This document shows, in pieces, positions 1 through 12,690 of a DNA stretch of 64,000 nucleotides (its first letter is position 1; each line of letters starts with the position of its first letter). The stretch lies in NCBI GenBank assembly GCA_038087875.1, contig CM075994.1:11100001-11164000 (forward strand), in the 5' to 3' direction. The position numbers and the translations under genes are program-made. The notes beneath the pieces are model-generated. The model saw only the letters and a list, made by a program, of their open reading frames with translations, was not told where the DNA came from and did no database searches. The DNA comes from Malacoraja senta. Taxonomy: Eukaryota.

Positions 1-609
1 ATAATGTATTTATCCAAATTAAACTGCATCTGCGATGCCATCTGCCCACTCAACCAACCTGTCCAAGTCACCCTCCATTCTCATAGCATCCTCCTCACAG
101 TTCACACTGCCACCCAGCTTTGTGTCATGTGCAAATTTGCTAATGTTACCTGTAATCCATTCATCTGAATTAATAATATCTGTCATTATACTAAAAGTCT
201 CATCTTGACCATTTCCTCTCTGTAGTTAATTGATTTTTAGAAAAAACGGTACCCTATATCGCTATGAATTTTGCCATCTTACTCACAGTCCTCCTCCACT
301 GCAGCAGCCCCAAAGATTTTTCCGATCGCTGAAAAATAAAAAAATATGAATGTTTAAAAAATCGTGAGATTAGCTGATTGGTCCTCTCACCATGGTGAAG
401 GCAACGCCCCTTCCGGGGGGCGGGAGTATTTAGCCCCGGATGCCGGACGTGAGTCACTCACTCTGGAAAATTGTGAGGGAGAGTCCCTAACTGTGATTCT
501 AAGCTGTGATTCAACTGAACTGAGAGTCTGCAATGTATTGGCAATAAATAATTTGTTAGCCCAAAGTGAAAATGTAATGAGTTGTTTGGCCAGCCCTGTG
601 CTTGAAACT

Positions 610-3350
610 GCAATGGAAATGGAAATTAAATGAAAATGCAATGAGTAATTTAGCCAGCCCTGTGCTTGAAACTTCAATGGAAATGGAAATGAAATGAAAA
701 TGCAATGACTTGTTTGACCTGCCCTGTCTTTTTGCTTTTGCTTTGCTTGACCTGAAATGAAAGCAAATGGATTGTATTGTTGGCTGGCACCGCCTTCCCT
801 GTGCTTTTGCTTTTGCTTTGCCTTTGCTTTGCTTGGCCTGAAATGAAAGCAAATTGATTGCATTGTTGGCTGGCCCCGTCTGCCCTGTGCTTTTGATTTG
901 CTTTGCCTTTGTTTTGCTTGACCTTAAATGAAAGCAAAATGATTGTATTGTTGACTGGCCCCGCCTGCCCTGTGCTTTTTCGTTTGCTTTGCCTTTGCTT
1001 TGCTTGACCTTAAATGAAAGCAAATGGATTGTATTGTTGGCCCCGCCTGCCCCGTGCTTGGCTTGGCTTTACTTGACTTGGCTTGGCTTGACTTGGTTTG
1101 ACTTGGATTGACTTGGATTGACCTGGATTGACTTGACTTGACTTGACTTGAAATGGATTGACCTGACTTGACTTGACTTGACTTGAAATCTATTTAATTG
1201 ACTTGACTTGACTTGAAATGGATAGACCTGACTTGACTTGTCTTGACTTGACTTTAAATCGATTGACTTGACTTGACTTGAAAGGGATTGACTTAACTTG
1301 ACTTGACTTGATATGCTTTGCTTGACCTGAAATGATAGCAAATGGATTGTATTGTTGGCTGGCCCCGCCTGCCATGTGATTTTGCTTTTGCTTTGTCTTT
1401 GCTTTGCTTGACCTGAAACGAAAGCAAATGGATTGTATTGATTGATTGATTTTTTACTTTATTAATCCCCTTATTCAGGGGAAATTCTGATGTCCTTGCA
1501 GCACACTAATAAAAATACAACATAGCATTAAGAAGTTTAACATTAAACATAAAAACATCCCCCCACAATGGTTCCCACTGTGGGGGAAGGCACAAAGTCC
1601 AGTCCCCATCCCCATGTCCACCCATAGTCGGGCCTATTGAGGCCTCCACGGTCGCCACTACGGAGGCTCGATGTTCCTGGCCGTTCTCGCCGGGTGATGG
1701 TACTCCGGCGTCGGGAGAACCCTCTCAGCGGCTTGGGGTGCCAGGAACGGCCGCCTTCTTACTGGAGACCGCGGCTTTCAAGCCAACAGGCCGCTCTGGA
1801 CGGAGCTGCACATACTGGCGATCTCGGCGAAAGATCCCAGGCCCCGCGATGTTAAAGTCAGCGCCCCCACCCGCAGCTGGCCGCTCCACAGACCCGCGAT
1901 GTTTTTATCGGCGGTCCCCGCAGCTGGCCGCTCCACAGACCCGCGATGTATTTATCGGCGGTCCCCGCAGCTGGCCGCTCCACAGACCCGCGGCTCCGCG
2001 ATGTTTTTATCGGCGGTCCCAGCATACCGGAGTTCCAGCGTGGCGACCCAGACAAGGCATCGCCCACTCCGCGATAGCGCTCCAGCGCTGTGCCGCCGCC
2101 GAAGCCGAGGTTCTGGCCAGGTCCCCTCAGGAAACGCCGCTCCAGGCCCCGCTGGTAGGCCGCGAGGACGGGTCGAAGGCGCTGCTCGGAGTAAGGCAAC
2201 CCCTCCGACCAGGTAGGGACTCGAAAAACAGTTTCCCCCTTCCTCCCCACCACCCCCCACACATAAAAAGATTAGGCCCCCTGACTGCACCCTCAACGTA
2301 CTAAAAATAATAAAAAAAAGAAGGGGAAAAAACGGACAGCTGCAGGACGGGCAGCCGTTCAGGACAGTATTGTTGGCCGGCCCCGCCTGCGCTGTGCTTT
2401 TGCTTTTGCTTTGCCTTAGATTTGCTTGTCCTGAAATGAGAGCAAATGAATTGCATTGTTGGCTGGCCCCGCCTGCCATGTGCTTTTGCTTTTGATTTGC
2501 CTTTGCTTTGCTTCACCTGAAATGAAAGCAAATGGATTGTATTGTTGTCCCCGCCTGCCCTGCGTTTGGCTTGGCCTTACTTGACTTCACTTGACTTGGC
2601 TTGAATTGCCTTGGATGACTCGGATTGACTTGGATTGACTTGGATTGACTTGGATTGACTTGAATTGAATTGGATTGAATTGGATTGACTTGGATTGACT
2701 TGGATTGAATTGGATTGACTTGGATTGACTTGGATTGACTTGGATTGACTTTATTTGACTTGACTTGGATTGACTAGGCTTGGCTTGGATTGACTTGACT
2801 TGGATTGACTTGGAGTGACGTGGAGTGACTAGGAGAGAATTGGAGTGGCTTGGAGCGACTTGGATTGACTTTGATTGTCGTGGATTGTCAAGGATTGACT
2901 TGGAGTGACTTAAAATGGATTGACCTGACTTGATTTGAAATGGCTGGACGACTTGACTTGACTTGACCTGAAATGGATTGAGTTGACTTGACTTGAAATG
3001 GATTGACTTGACTTGACTTGAAATGGATTGTCTTGACTTGAAATGGATTGACTTTGTTGGCAAATGGATTGTATTGTTGGCCCCGCTTGCGCTGTGCTTG
3101 GCTTTACTTGACTTGACTTCGCTTGGCTTGGATTGCCTTGGATTGCCTTCGATTGACTTGGAGCGACTTGGATTGACGGATTGAATTGACTTGAAATGGA
3201 TTGACTTGACTTGACTGGACTTGATGTGAAATGAATCGACTTGACTTGACTTGAAATGGATTGACTTGACTTGACTTGAAATGGATTGTTGGCACTGCAC
3301 TCACTGTGCTTGACTTGACTTGACTTTACTTGATTTGACTTGAGTTGACT
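610..3350. repeat. Satellite core of H1: (TTGAC/TTGGA)n pentamer arrays plus a longer GAAAGCAAATGGATTGTATTGTTGG-containing unit
   Basis: Tandem repeats are directly visible and produce the spurious SQVK/KAKQ ORFs. Confidence 0.95.
1441..2366 (-). mobile_element. GC/CpG-rich non-autonomous retroelement with a Rex1/L2-like 3' tail
   Basis: Apparent TSD GTATTG (1435-1440 and 2367-2372). The minus-strand 3' end has a stem-loop TCCCCT-GAATA-AGGGGA, then AATAAA and a (TCAA)n tail. There is an internal ~48-bp tandem repeat at 1870-2020. Confidence 0.6.
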
Positions 3351-5862
3351 TGTTGGCCCTGCACTCCGGTTGATCCAAATGTCCCGCTCACTCCGGAAGT
3401 CCCGCTCGTTGGAGAGGCCGCGCTCAGCCGCGTGAGTAGATTCAAGAGATTTACTGTCGTGTATATGGTGTGTCTGTTTGAGTGAGTGTGTGTGAGTCAG
3501 TGTGTGTGAGATGGAGGGTGGCTGTGAGTGTGTGATGGATATTGTGTGTGTGAGTGTGGCTGTGTGTGTATGTATGAATGTTTGTGTGTGTGATGGGGGT
3601 GTCTGTGTGTGTGTGATGGATTGTGTGTGTGAGGTGGAGGGTATGTGTGTGTGATGGAGGGTCTGTGTGTGAGCCCGCCAGCCGTGAGTCAACTGCCAGC
3701 CCACCAGCCGCGAGTGAGTGGCTCACATGACTGCCCACATTTGGCCAACCTAAAACCACTCATTTCGGTCCACAATGCCCCTATTAGCCCAGAAACTATT
3801 CCCTTTTGTCGAAAATGACCGTATTAGCCCAGGAGGAGTATTTTGGCCCAAATGGCATGTGCCAGGCCGGGAAAATTCAAGAAAAAGTGCCTTTAAATGA
3901 GATTTCACTCTGATTTATTTAATGAGTACATACGGCACATCATGCCTGTACTAGCCCAGAAGGAGTTCCTTCGGCCCATCAGTAAGAATTCCCCCTGTAA
4001 GTATTAAACCTCACCCCAGTATGTTTCTCCCTCGCATCATTGGCTCACAGTGAGATCCACTCCAGGTCAGACTTTCCTCCTTCATTGCTGTGATCTGATG
4101 AAAAATGGCTAAACTTGATTCTCCACGCTCTCCCTCTTCTCTCTCACAGAGTCTCTCACCTGTTTTGAGCAGAATTTCTGGCAATTTCTAAGCTGCCAGC
4201 CCACCAGCCCTGAGCTGCCAGCCCACCAGCTCTGTGTGAATGAGCTGCCAGCCCACCAGGCCTGAGTTGCCAGCCCGCCAGGCCTGAGTGAGTGAACTGA
4301 CAGGCCTGAGTGACTGAACTGCCAGACCTGAGTGACTGAGTGACTGAACTGCCAGCCCAGGAATCCATTCGGCCCACAATGTCCATACTAGCCCTCTGGA
4401 AACCAGTCCCTTCGGCCCACAACACTCATGCTAGCGCTCCAGAAAGACCCCCTCCCCAAATGGCCACCAATATTGGAATTGGTGGAGAGGTGGAATATTG
4501 CATTTGGGGACCAGCCCCCCGTGTGTACCTGGGACCCAAAGGATCCCACTTAGTCTAGTTTATTGTAAATAGCTGCGGTCCCAGCACAGACCCTAGCGGT
4601 GCCCCACTAGTCACTGCCTGTCATTCTCAAAGGGACCCGTTAATCCCTACTCTTTGTTTCCTGTCTGCCAACCAATTTTCTATCCATGTCAGTTCTTTAC
4701 CCCAATACCATGTGCCCTAATTTTGTCCTCTAATCTCCTATGAGGGACCTTATCAAATGCTTTCTGAAAGTCCAAGTACACTACATCCACTGGCTTTCTC
4801 TTGTCCATTTTCCAAGTTACATCCTCAAAAAATTCCATAAATTTAGTCAACTATGATTTCCCCTTCATAAATCCATGCTGACTCGGACCGATCCTGCTAC
4901 TGCTATCCAAGGGTGCCGCTATTTGATCTTTTGCAATTGACTCCAGTATCTTCCGCTCCACCGATGTCAGGCTAACTGGTCTATAATGTCATGTTTTCTC
5001 TTTGGATAACATTAGCTACCCTCTAATCCACGTGAACTGATCCTGAATCTATAGAACATTGTAAAATTATTACCAATGTATCCACGATTTCCAGCGCCAC
5101 CTGCTTGAGTACCCTGGGATGCAGACCATCACGCCCTGGGGATTTATCAGTCTTTAGTCTCATCTATCTACCCAATACCATGTCCTGCCTAATGTGCATT
5201 TCTTCAGATCCTCCATCGCCCTAGATCCTATGGCCACTAGTACACCAGGGAGATTGTTTGTGTCCTCCTTAGTGAAGACGGTTCCATAGTGCCTGTTTAC
5301 CTCGTCTGCCATTTCCTTGTTCCCCATAATAAATTCACCATTTTCAGTCTTCAATTCTCCAAATTTGGTCTTAACAATTTTTTCCTCTTCACATACCTAA
5401 GGAAGTTTTTACTATCCTCCTTTATATTCGTAGCTAGCTTATCCGCGTACCTCATATTTTCTTCCCGTATTGCCTTTTTAGTTATATTCTGTTGCTCTTT
5501 AAAAGTTACCCAATTCTCTGGCTTCCCGCTCATCTATGCTATGTTATAATGTTTCTCTTTTATTTGTATACTGTCCCTGACTTCACTTGTCAGCCACGGC
5601 CGCCCTTTATTCCCCTTAGAATCTGTCTTCCTCTTTGGAATGAACCTTCTGTACACCTTCTGTATTATTCCCAGAAATACCTGTCATTTTGGGTCCACTC
5701 CCATCCCTACTAGGGTATCTTTCCAGTCAACTTTGGCCAGCTCCTCCCTCATGACACCATAGTCCCCTTTGTTCAACTATAATACTGCCACCTCCGATTT
5801 ACCCTTCTCTCTCTCAAATTGTAGATCAAAATTTGTCATATTTTGCTCACTTCCTCGTGATG

Positions 5863-6904
5863 TAGCAATGTTACAAAATTTTGAGATTTTAAAAATAAAG
5901 TCTGTAATTTATCCCATCAGATAAAGCATAAAAAGAAGTTTAATTTGACACTTAATTCACTTTCATATCTTCAGTATTAAAAAAGTTATGGCCATTATCA
6001 TACTCAGAAATTAGCATCTAGTTCCCTATTGCTTTTCCATTGACTTAACACAAAAGCTGTGACCGAGGACAGTTAAAAGCCCATAACTTTCTTAAAAATT
6101 ATGATAACTGAAAGAAATTTTTATTTATTATAGATTGAAGCATTCTGAAACAAATATGAAACAATCTTACTTCGAAGACATGAAAGTAAAGCATATAATT
6201 AGTTAGTTACCTAATTGTAGCAAATTACAAAATTCAATTACTAGATCTAAACATCTATCAATTTCTTAAGAATAGATTAACATTTTTAAATAGCCTAAGT
6301 GTCCAAATAACATTCACACAATAATTCACAATATAACATAATTTTTAAATCTAATTTTCATGAATTTACAGGCCAAATGGAAGGAATTGAATGTTTAATA
6401 CCTGTAAATTAATGGGGATTTAATTCATCTTGCGAGTGAGGATTTCTGGAACGCGATCTTTTGGAACGTTCATTTGCGATGAATTTAACCCCGTATTGGC
6501 ATGAAAAATACTGCCGTTAATTCGGGGAATAAAATCACCGTGTCGCATGTAAAAATGTGAATTAAAGGCCTCTTAAGGAGAACGTTTATACATTAAAATA
6601 AAGCACTTTCGTTTACCTTTCCCTTGTGTGAAATCCGTCCCCGTTGTTGGCGTTCACGCTTCAGAAGATGATTTTAAAATGATTCCAATGCTGAACTTGT
6701 TGGGAGATTTTTAAAACAAACTACGCAAAACGGCACTCGGAACGCTTCTTCCACAGAAGCTGGTACTCCAACAAAGTATAATTCAGGACAAGGGAGGAGA
6801 AACCCGCGCTTTAACCCCGCCCCCCCCTTAAAGGCGCCAAAATCGCGCACGCGGCCAGTGACAGAATTACAGCGCCGCTGAAGGCAAGTATTGTAACATA
6901 CCTA
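5863..6904. mobile_element. Non-autonomous TIR DNA transposon, copy A (~1.04 kb, possibly hAT-related)
   Basis: Imperfect TIRs TAGCAATGTTACAA / TTGTAACATACCTA. Flanks are CGTGATG / CGTAATG. It interrupts a CR1, and an inverted homologue lies at 24941-25981. Confidence 0.85.
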
Positions 6905-8377
6905 CGTAATGTCTCCATTACCTCGAGTTCCCTTATCAAACCCGGTTCATTACACAACACTAAATCGAAGATTGCCTTCTCCCTGGTAGGCTCCAATACA
7001 AGCTGCTCTAATAAATCATCACGGAGGCACTCCTCAAACACCCTTTCTTGGGGTCCAGTACCAACCTGATTTTCCCAGTCTACCTGCATGTTGAAATCAC
7101 AAATAACAACCGTAGCATTATCCTTATGACATGCCAATTTTAACTCTTGATTCAACTTGCACCCTATATCCAGGCTACTGTTTGGGGGCCTGTTGATAAC
7201 TCCCATTAGGGTCGTTTTACCCTTACAATTACTCAGATCTATCCATACTGACACATCTCCTGAATCTATGTCACCCCTCGCAAGGAACTGAATTACATTT
7301 CTCACCAACAGAGCTACCACACCCACTCTGTGCACCGGTCTGTCTTCGATAAGACGTCTACCCTTGAATGTTCAGTTGAATCTATAATTACAATTTATAA
7401 ATACTCGAATGTTCCGTTTGTAATTCCTGTGATCCAATGCACTCGCACACATGTGAATCGTTAATTTTGTACCATCGTTAACAAATCGTTATTGTTTTAG
7501 TATTTCTGCATCGGATTGAATTATGGTTTTTCAAGTGATACCTTGTGAGATAGAGGACCGAATGATGACTTTTGCAATTTCATGTGATTCTCATTCCCGT
7601 GCTCTCTTGTCACACATCTGCCTGCCTACCTAGTTTCTAACTCAGCACTATTGATGCAGATTGATTCATGCACTCCACCTCTTCTTAAGTCCAATTCCTA
7701 GCTCTTTCGTCTTTCAGACACGAGGGAAGAGGCTGTTGCATTCACATCGTGCTACGAAGATCTCAATCTCCTTGTAAGATCCGGCTGACCACGGTGTATT
7801 TATCTACACACCTGTAAATGTAGTTGGAGCAAGAACTGGTCACACAGCAGTAAGTGTACAGGGAGAGAGTAAGATGCGGACGACGCGGCTTTTCTGTGCG
7901 CCGATTATGAAAATGATCGCGGACGATGATTTGTCGCTTACCCTTTCTGATTATGTGTGCGAGTCAGGGACTCAGTGGCGGAGGGCGTGATGTCTGCAAG
8001 TTACAGGAACATGAGGATGGGTTTGGTTGGGATTGTGATACTGATTGTGGATCTGTAGACAAACAATAGGAGGCCTTCTTCTCCAGATGTTCTGGAGATG
8101 ACTGCACCGTGGCGCCATAGAGATGGCGTCCGATGAAGTGTCCGAGAACGGTAGGCAAAATGTAATGTGTCAAGGGTGATTCTGAGGCTGGACTAATGTG
8201 CACCATGATCACCGGCTCTAGACTCGTTATGATTGTGGATGCCAGAGACACTACACTCCAGCCACATGATTGACATCTGTGTTATTTACTCTTTTTCCAA
8301 TATATTGAAGCCAGAAAGAGAAACATGGGCTTAAATTCTCTCAAGTAATGCTTCTTTTTCAGAAACGCGGAGATCAC

Positions 8378-8480
8378 TATGTTTGAAGAAGGGTCTCCAC
8401 CCGAAACGTCACCCATTCCTTCTCTCCAGAGATGCTACCTGTCCCGCAGAGTTACTCCAGCATTTAGTGTCTGTCTTCAG
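8378..8480 (+). mobile_element. Penelope-derived short repeat with a degenerate hammerhead motif
   Basis: TTGAAGA-AGGGTCTCCACCC-GAAACGTC followed by a tail homologous to the Penelope 3' end at 22615-22750. Confidence 0.7.
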
Positions 8481-8770
8481 TATGTTTTAAGCAACTTCCG
8501 AATTTCAAACAGCTGTACGTTTACGTTTACAAGCTTTTATCATACGGACCAAAAGCGAATGTTATGATGTAGCTTCTCAGTAAATGCAGCCGGCGTAGCC
8601 CTCCAGTTTGTGCAGCGGGATTAGACGAAAGAAACTTCCACCCGATATTCATACCAGAATTGATTCTTAAATGTTCAGTTTGTTATCAGTAGACTGCGGA
8701 GTGGTGTAACGCCTGGGTTTTCCAGGTGGCTGAATTTGTCAGTGAACATTTCAGGACTATGGTGAAGACA

Positions 8771-11610
8771 TAGCAACATAGAAATAGGTGTAGGAGGAGG
8801 CCATTCGGACGTTCGATACAGCACCGCCATTGATTGTGATCATGGCTGATCATCCACAATCAGATGACTGCCTTCTCCCAGTACTCCTTGATTCCGCTAG
8901 CCCCACGAGCTCTATCATATTCTCTTTTAAATTCATCCAGTGAATTGGCCTCCACTGCCTTCCGTGGCAGAGAATTTCACAACTTTCAGGATGCAAAACC
9001 TTTTTCACATCTCAGTTTAAAATGGCATCACCTTTATTCTTAGACTGTGGCCCCTGGTTCTGGACTTCCCCAACATTGGGAACATTTTTCATGCATCTAG
9101 CTCGTCCAGTCCTTTTATAATTGTATATGTTTCTACAAGATCACCCCTCATCCTTCTAAATTCCAGTCAATACATCTTTCCAATCTTTCCTCTTATGACA
9201 GTCCCGCCACCCCCGGGAATAACCTTGTGAACCTACGCTGCACTCCCTCAATAGCAAGGATGTCCTTCCTCAAATTAGGAGACCAAATCTGCACACAATA
9301 CTCCAGATGTGGTTTCAGTAGGGCCCTGTAAAACTGCAGAAGGATCTATACTCAAATCCTCTCATTATGACGGCCAACATGCCATTCGCTTTCTTCGCAG
9401 CCTGCGGTAAATGCACGTATACTTCCAATGACTGGTGTACAAGGAAACCCAGGTCTCTTTGCACTTCCCTTTTTCCTAATCTGACACCATTGATATAATA
9501 ATCTGCCTCTTTGTTCTTGCCTCCAAAGTGGATAACCTCACATGTATCTACATTATACTGCATCTGCCATGCATCTGCCCTCTCACTCAACCTGTCCAGA
9601 TCACCCTGCAACTTCCTAGCATCCTCTTCGCAGTTCACACTGCCACCCAGCTTTGTGTCATCTGCAAATTTGCTGATGTTACTTTTAATTCCATAATCCA
9701 ATTCATTAATGTACATTGTAAATAGCTGTGGCCCCAGCACCGAGCCTTGCGGCACTCCTGTCGCACTGTCTGCCATTCTGACAGGGACCCGTTAACTCCT
9801 ACACTTTGTTTCCTGCCTGCCAACCAATTCTCAATCCATGGCTTACCCTACCCTCAATACCTTGTGCTCCAATTTTGCCCACTATTCTCCTGTGTAGGAC
9901 CTTATCAAAGGCGTTTTGAAAGTCCAGATACACTGCATCCACTGGCTCTCCTTCATCCATTTTACTTGTCACATCTTCAAAAAACTCCGGAAGATTAGTC
10001 AAGCAGGATTTCCCCTTCATATATCCACGCTGCCTTCGACCAATCCTATAACTATCATCCTAATGCGCCGTTATTACTTCTTTAATAATTGACTCCAGCA
10101 CCCCCCCCCCCCAACCACCGATGTCATGCTAACTGGTCTATAATGCCCCATTTTCTCTCTCGCTCCTTTCTTGAAAATTGTGATAATTTTAGCTACCCTC
10201 CATCCGCAGGAACAGTTCCTGAGTCAAAAGAAAATGGGGAAACGATCACCAATGCGTCAACGATTTCTGGAGCCACCTACTTGAGTACCCTGGGATACCC
10301 AGACCATCAGGCCCTGGGCATTTTACAGCCTTCAGTCTCATCAGTCTACCCAATATTATTTCTCGTCTAATGCAAATGTATTTATGTTCCTCTGTCTTCC
10401 TAGATCCTCTGTCATCTAGTACATCTGGGAGATTGTTGGTGTCTTCCTTATTGAAGACAGAACCAAAGTCCCTGTTCAACTCTTCTGTCATTTCCTTGTT
10501 CCCCATAATAATTTCACCTGTTTCTGTCTTCAAGGGACCCACATGTGTCTGTACTAATCTTTTTCGCTTAACACACCTAAATAAGCTTTTTACTATCCTT
10601 CTTTATATTATTGGCAAGCTTAACTTCGTACTTCATCTTTTCACCCCGTATTGCCCTTTTAGTTACCTTCTGATATCCTTTGAAAGTTTCCAAATCCTCT
10701 GGCTTTCCTCTACTCTTTGCGATATAATACAACTTTTCTTTGAGTGTTCTACCGTCCCTAACTTCCCTTGTCTGCCACGGTTGCCTCTTACTCCCCATTA
10801 GAATCTTTCATCCTCTTTGGAATGAAATGATCCTGCATCTTCTGGATTATGCCTAGAAATACCTGCCAATGCTGTTCCATCGTCATTCCTGCTAGGATCC
10901 TTTTCAAGCCGACCTTGGTCAGCTCCTCTCTCATGCCTTCATAGTCCCATTTGTTCAAATACAACACTGACAATTCTGATTTACCCTTTTCCCTCTCGAA
11001 TTGCAGATACAACTTATCATATTAGGGTCACTACCCGCGAGCGATTCCTTTACCTTGAGTTCCCTTATTAAATCTGGTTCATTAGACAACACTAAATCCA
11101 GAATTGCCTTCTCTCAGATAGGCTCCAATACAAGCTGCTTTAAGAATCCATCTCGGAGGCACTCTACGAACTCCCTTTCTTGGGGCGCAGAGTCAACCTG
11201 ATATTCCCTGTCTGCATATTGAAATCTCCCATAACCAAAGTGGCATTACCTTTGTTACATGACATTTCTAACTCCTGCTGCAACTTGCACCCTATATCCC
11301 GGCTACTGCGTGGGGGGCTGTAGATATCTCCCATTAGTGTCTTCTTACCTTTACAATTCCTCATTTCCCGTCCCTATGTCGTCCCTCGCAAGGGTCTACA
11401 TTTCATCCCTCACCAACAGAGCTACCCCACCTCCTCTGCCCACCCGCCTGTCCTTTCTGAAGGACGTATAACCCTGAATATTCAGTTAACTACCCTAATC
11501 CTCCTGCAGCCATGTATCTGTATTCCCCACAATGTCATATATACCAATCTCTAACTGAGCCTCGTTCATCCACTTTATTTCTTATACATCGCGTATTCAT
11601 ATATAATGCT
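8771..11610 (-). mobile_element. Degenerate 5'-truncated CR1 LINE (ORF2 through the 3' tail)
   Basis: RT motifs GVPQGSVLGP, KFADDTKL and YLDFQNAFDKV are in ORFs 9315-10020. APE remnants lie at 11164-11600. The CR1 3' end is at ~8771. Confidence 0.92.
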
Positions 11611-12589
11611 TTTAAACCAGAAAACTGTTAATCAGTCTGCAGTCTTATAGGGATTGAATAGTCAAGTTTCTCGTCTATATTTCGGGTGACATTACTGATG
11701 AGGAATATCGTGATACACACTTCCCCAGAAACATCTATAAGATTACCATGCTTCCTCAGCTAATGATATCTCTCGGCATTCATGGCCTTAATGTCGATTC
11801 ATTAATTTGTATCACAACAATCACCTGCATTGTCGCCAAAAAATTGCCACACAATATCACGTATCCATGATGACTGTGAAGGATACTCAAATAAAAATCC
11901 TGGCAGGGATTCTCTTTCCACTTTTATATGGAACGTGATTATTTTCGTTTCTGAAGGGCAGCCTAACTGTAATTCCCAGCAACGGCACAGTAAGATTTAA
12001 TTTTCACGTTATCTGAATTATTTATTTTGCTTGCAACAATTGTCATTGCCGGTAGTACTCCGCACGCACGCAATACGATAAATTCGAAAGTAACAGCGCA
12101 GTAGGCGGATTATGGTTTACTGTCTATTTTTGTTGTTCAATAACGAGGACAAATGTTTCAGAAAACACAGACACAGGAGATTAAGATTGAGATTGGAGAT
12201 TGACGGATCGAGATCCTTCATCCGGACTGAGATTGCACGAGTGCAGATCAAGTGAAATCAGTCTAAGCATAGAAACAAAGACAATATATACAGGAGTAGG
12301 CCATTAAGCCCTTTGAGCCAACACCGCCATTCAATACGAATATGGCTGATCATCCAGAATCAGTACCCCGTTCCTGCTTTCCGCTCCATATCCCTTGATT
12401 CAGTTAGCCCTAAGAGCTATATCTAAATGGTGAGACGGGATATGAGATTGCGAAATTCCGATGTATCTATTTCTTAAAACCATTCAATTATTTTCAAAAA
12501 TGTAGTTGTTCCTACAGAGAATGTTGTTCTTTTTGAAGTAATAATGTTATATCTAACTGATTTCAGATATCCGACCAATTTCGGATCAA

Positions 12590-12690
12590 CCAGCATCTGG
12601 GGATGGAGTTGACGTTTCGGGTGGAGACTCTTCTTCAGATAGTTTGAAGAATGATCCCGACCCGAAATGTCAATATGTCTGCGTCCTTCA
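12590..12690. repeat. Inverted pair of Penelope-derived hammerhead-like motifs
   Basis: Minus strand CTGAAGA-AGAGTCTCCACCC-GAAACGTC (12611-12638) abuts plus strand TTGAAGA...CCC-GAAATGTC (12644-12671). Confidence 0.65.

Larger units (their letters stand above)
179..4558 (+). mobile_element. Non-autonomous Helitron-like element H1
   Basis: Inserted between A178 and T4559 with no TSD. It starts TC and ends CTAG (4555-4558), with a subterminal hairpin GGGACCC-AAA-GGATCCC at 4531-4547. Its 5' and 3' blocks are shared with H2-H4. Confidence 0.85.
1..7380 (-). mobile_element. Degenerate CR1 LINE (ORF2 APE-RT), split by a Helitron (179-4558) and a DNA transposon (5863-6904)
   Basis: RT-region sequence at 1-178 continues directly at 4559 (..TAATAATA | TTTATTGTAAATAGC..). 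The linker region appears in ORFs 5160-5533. The APE region (RPPNSSLDIG, DFNMQVDW, EPTREKAIFDLV) is in ORF 6811-7335. Confidence 0.9.

Noticed and set aside
387..3704. Long ORFs rich in SQVK/KAKQ/HT
   Set aside because: They are translations of stop-poor satellite and microsatellite repeats inside H1.
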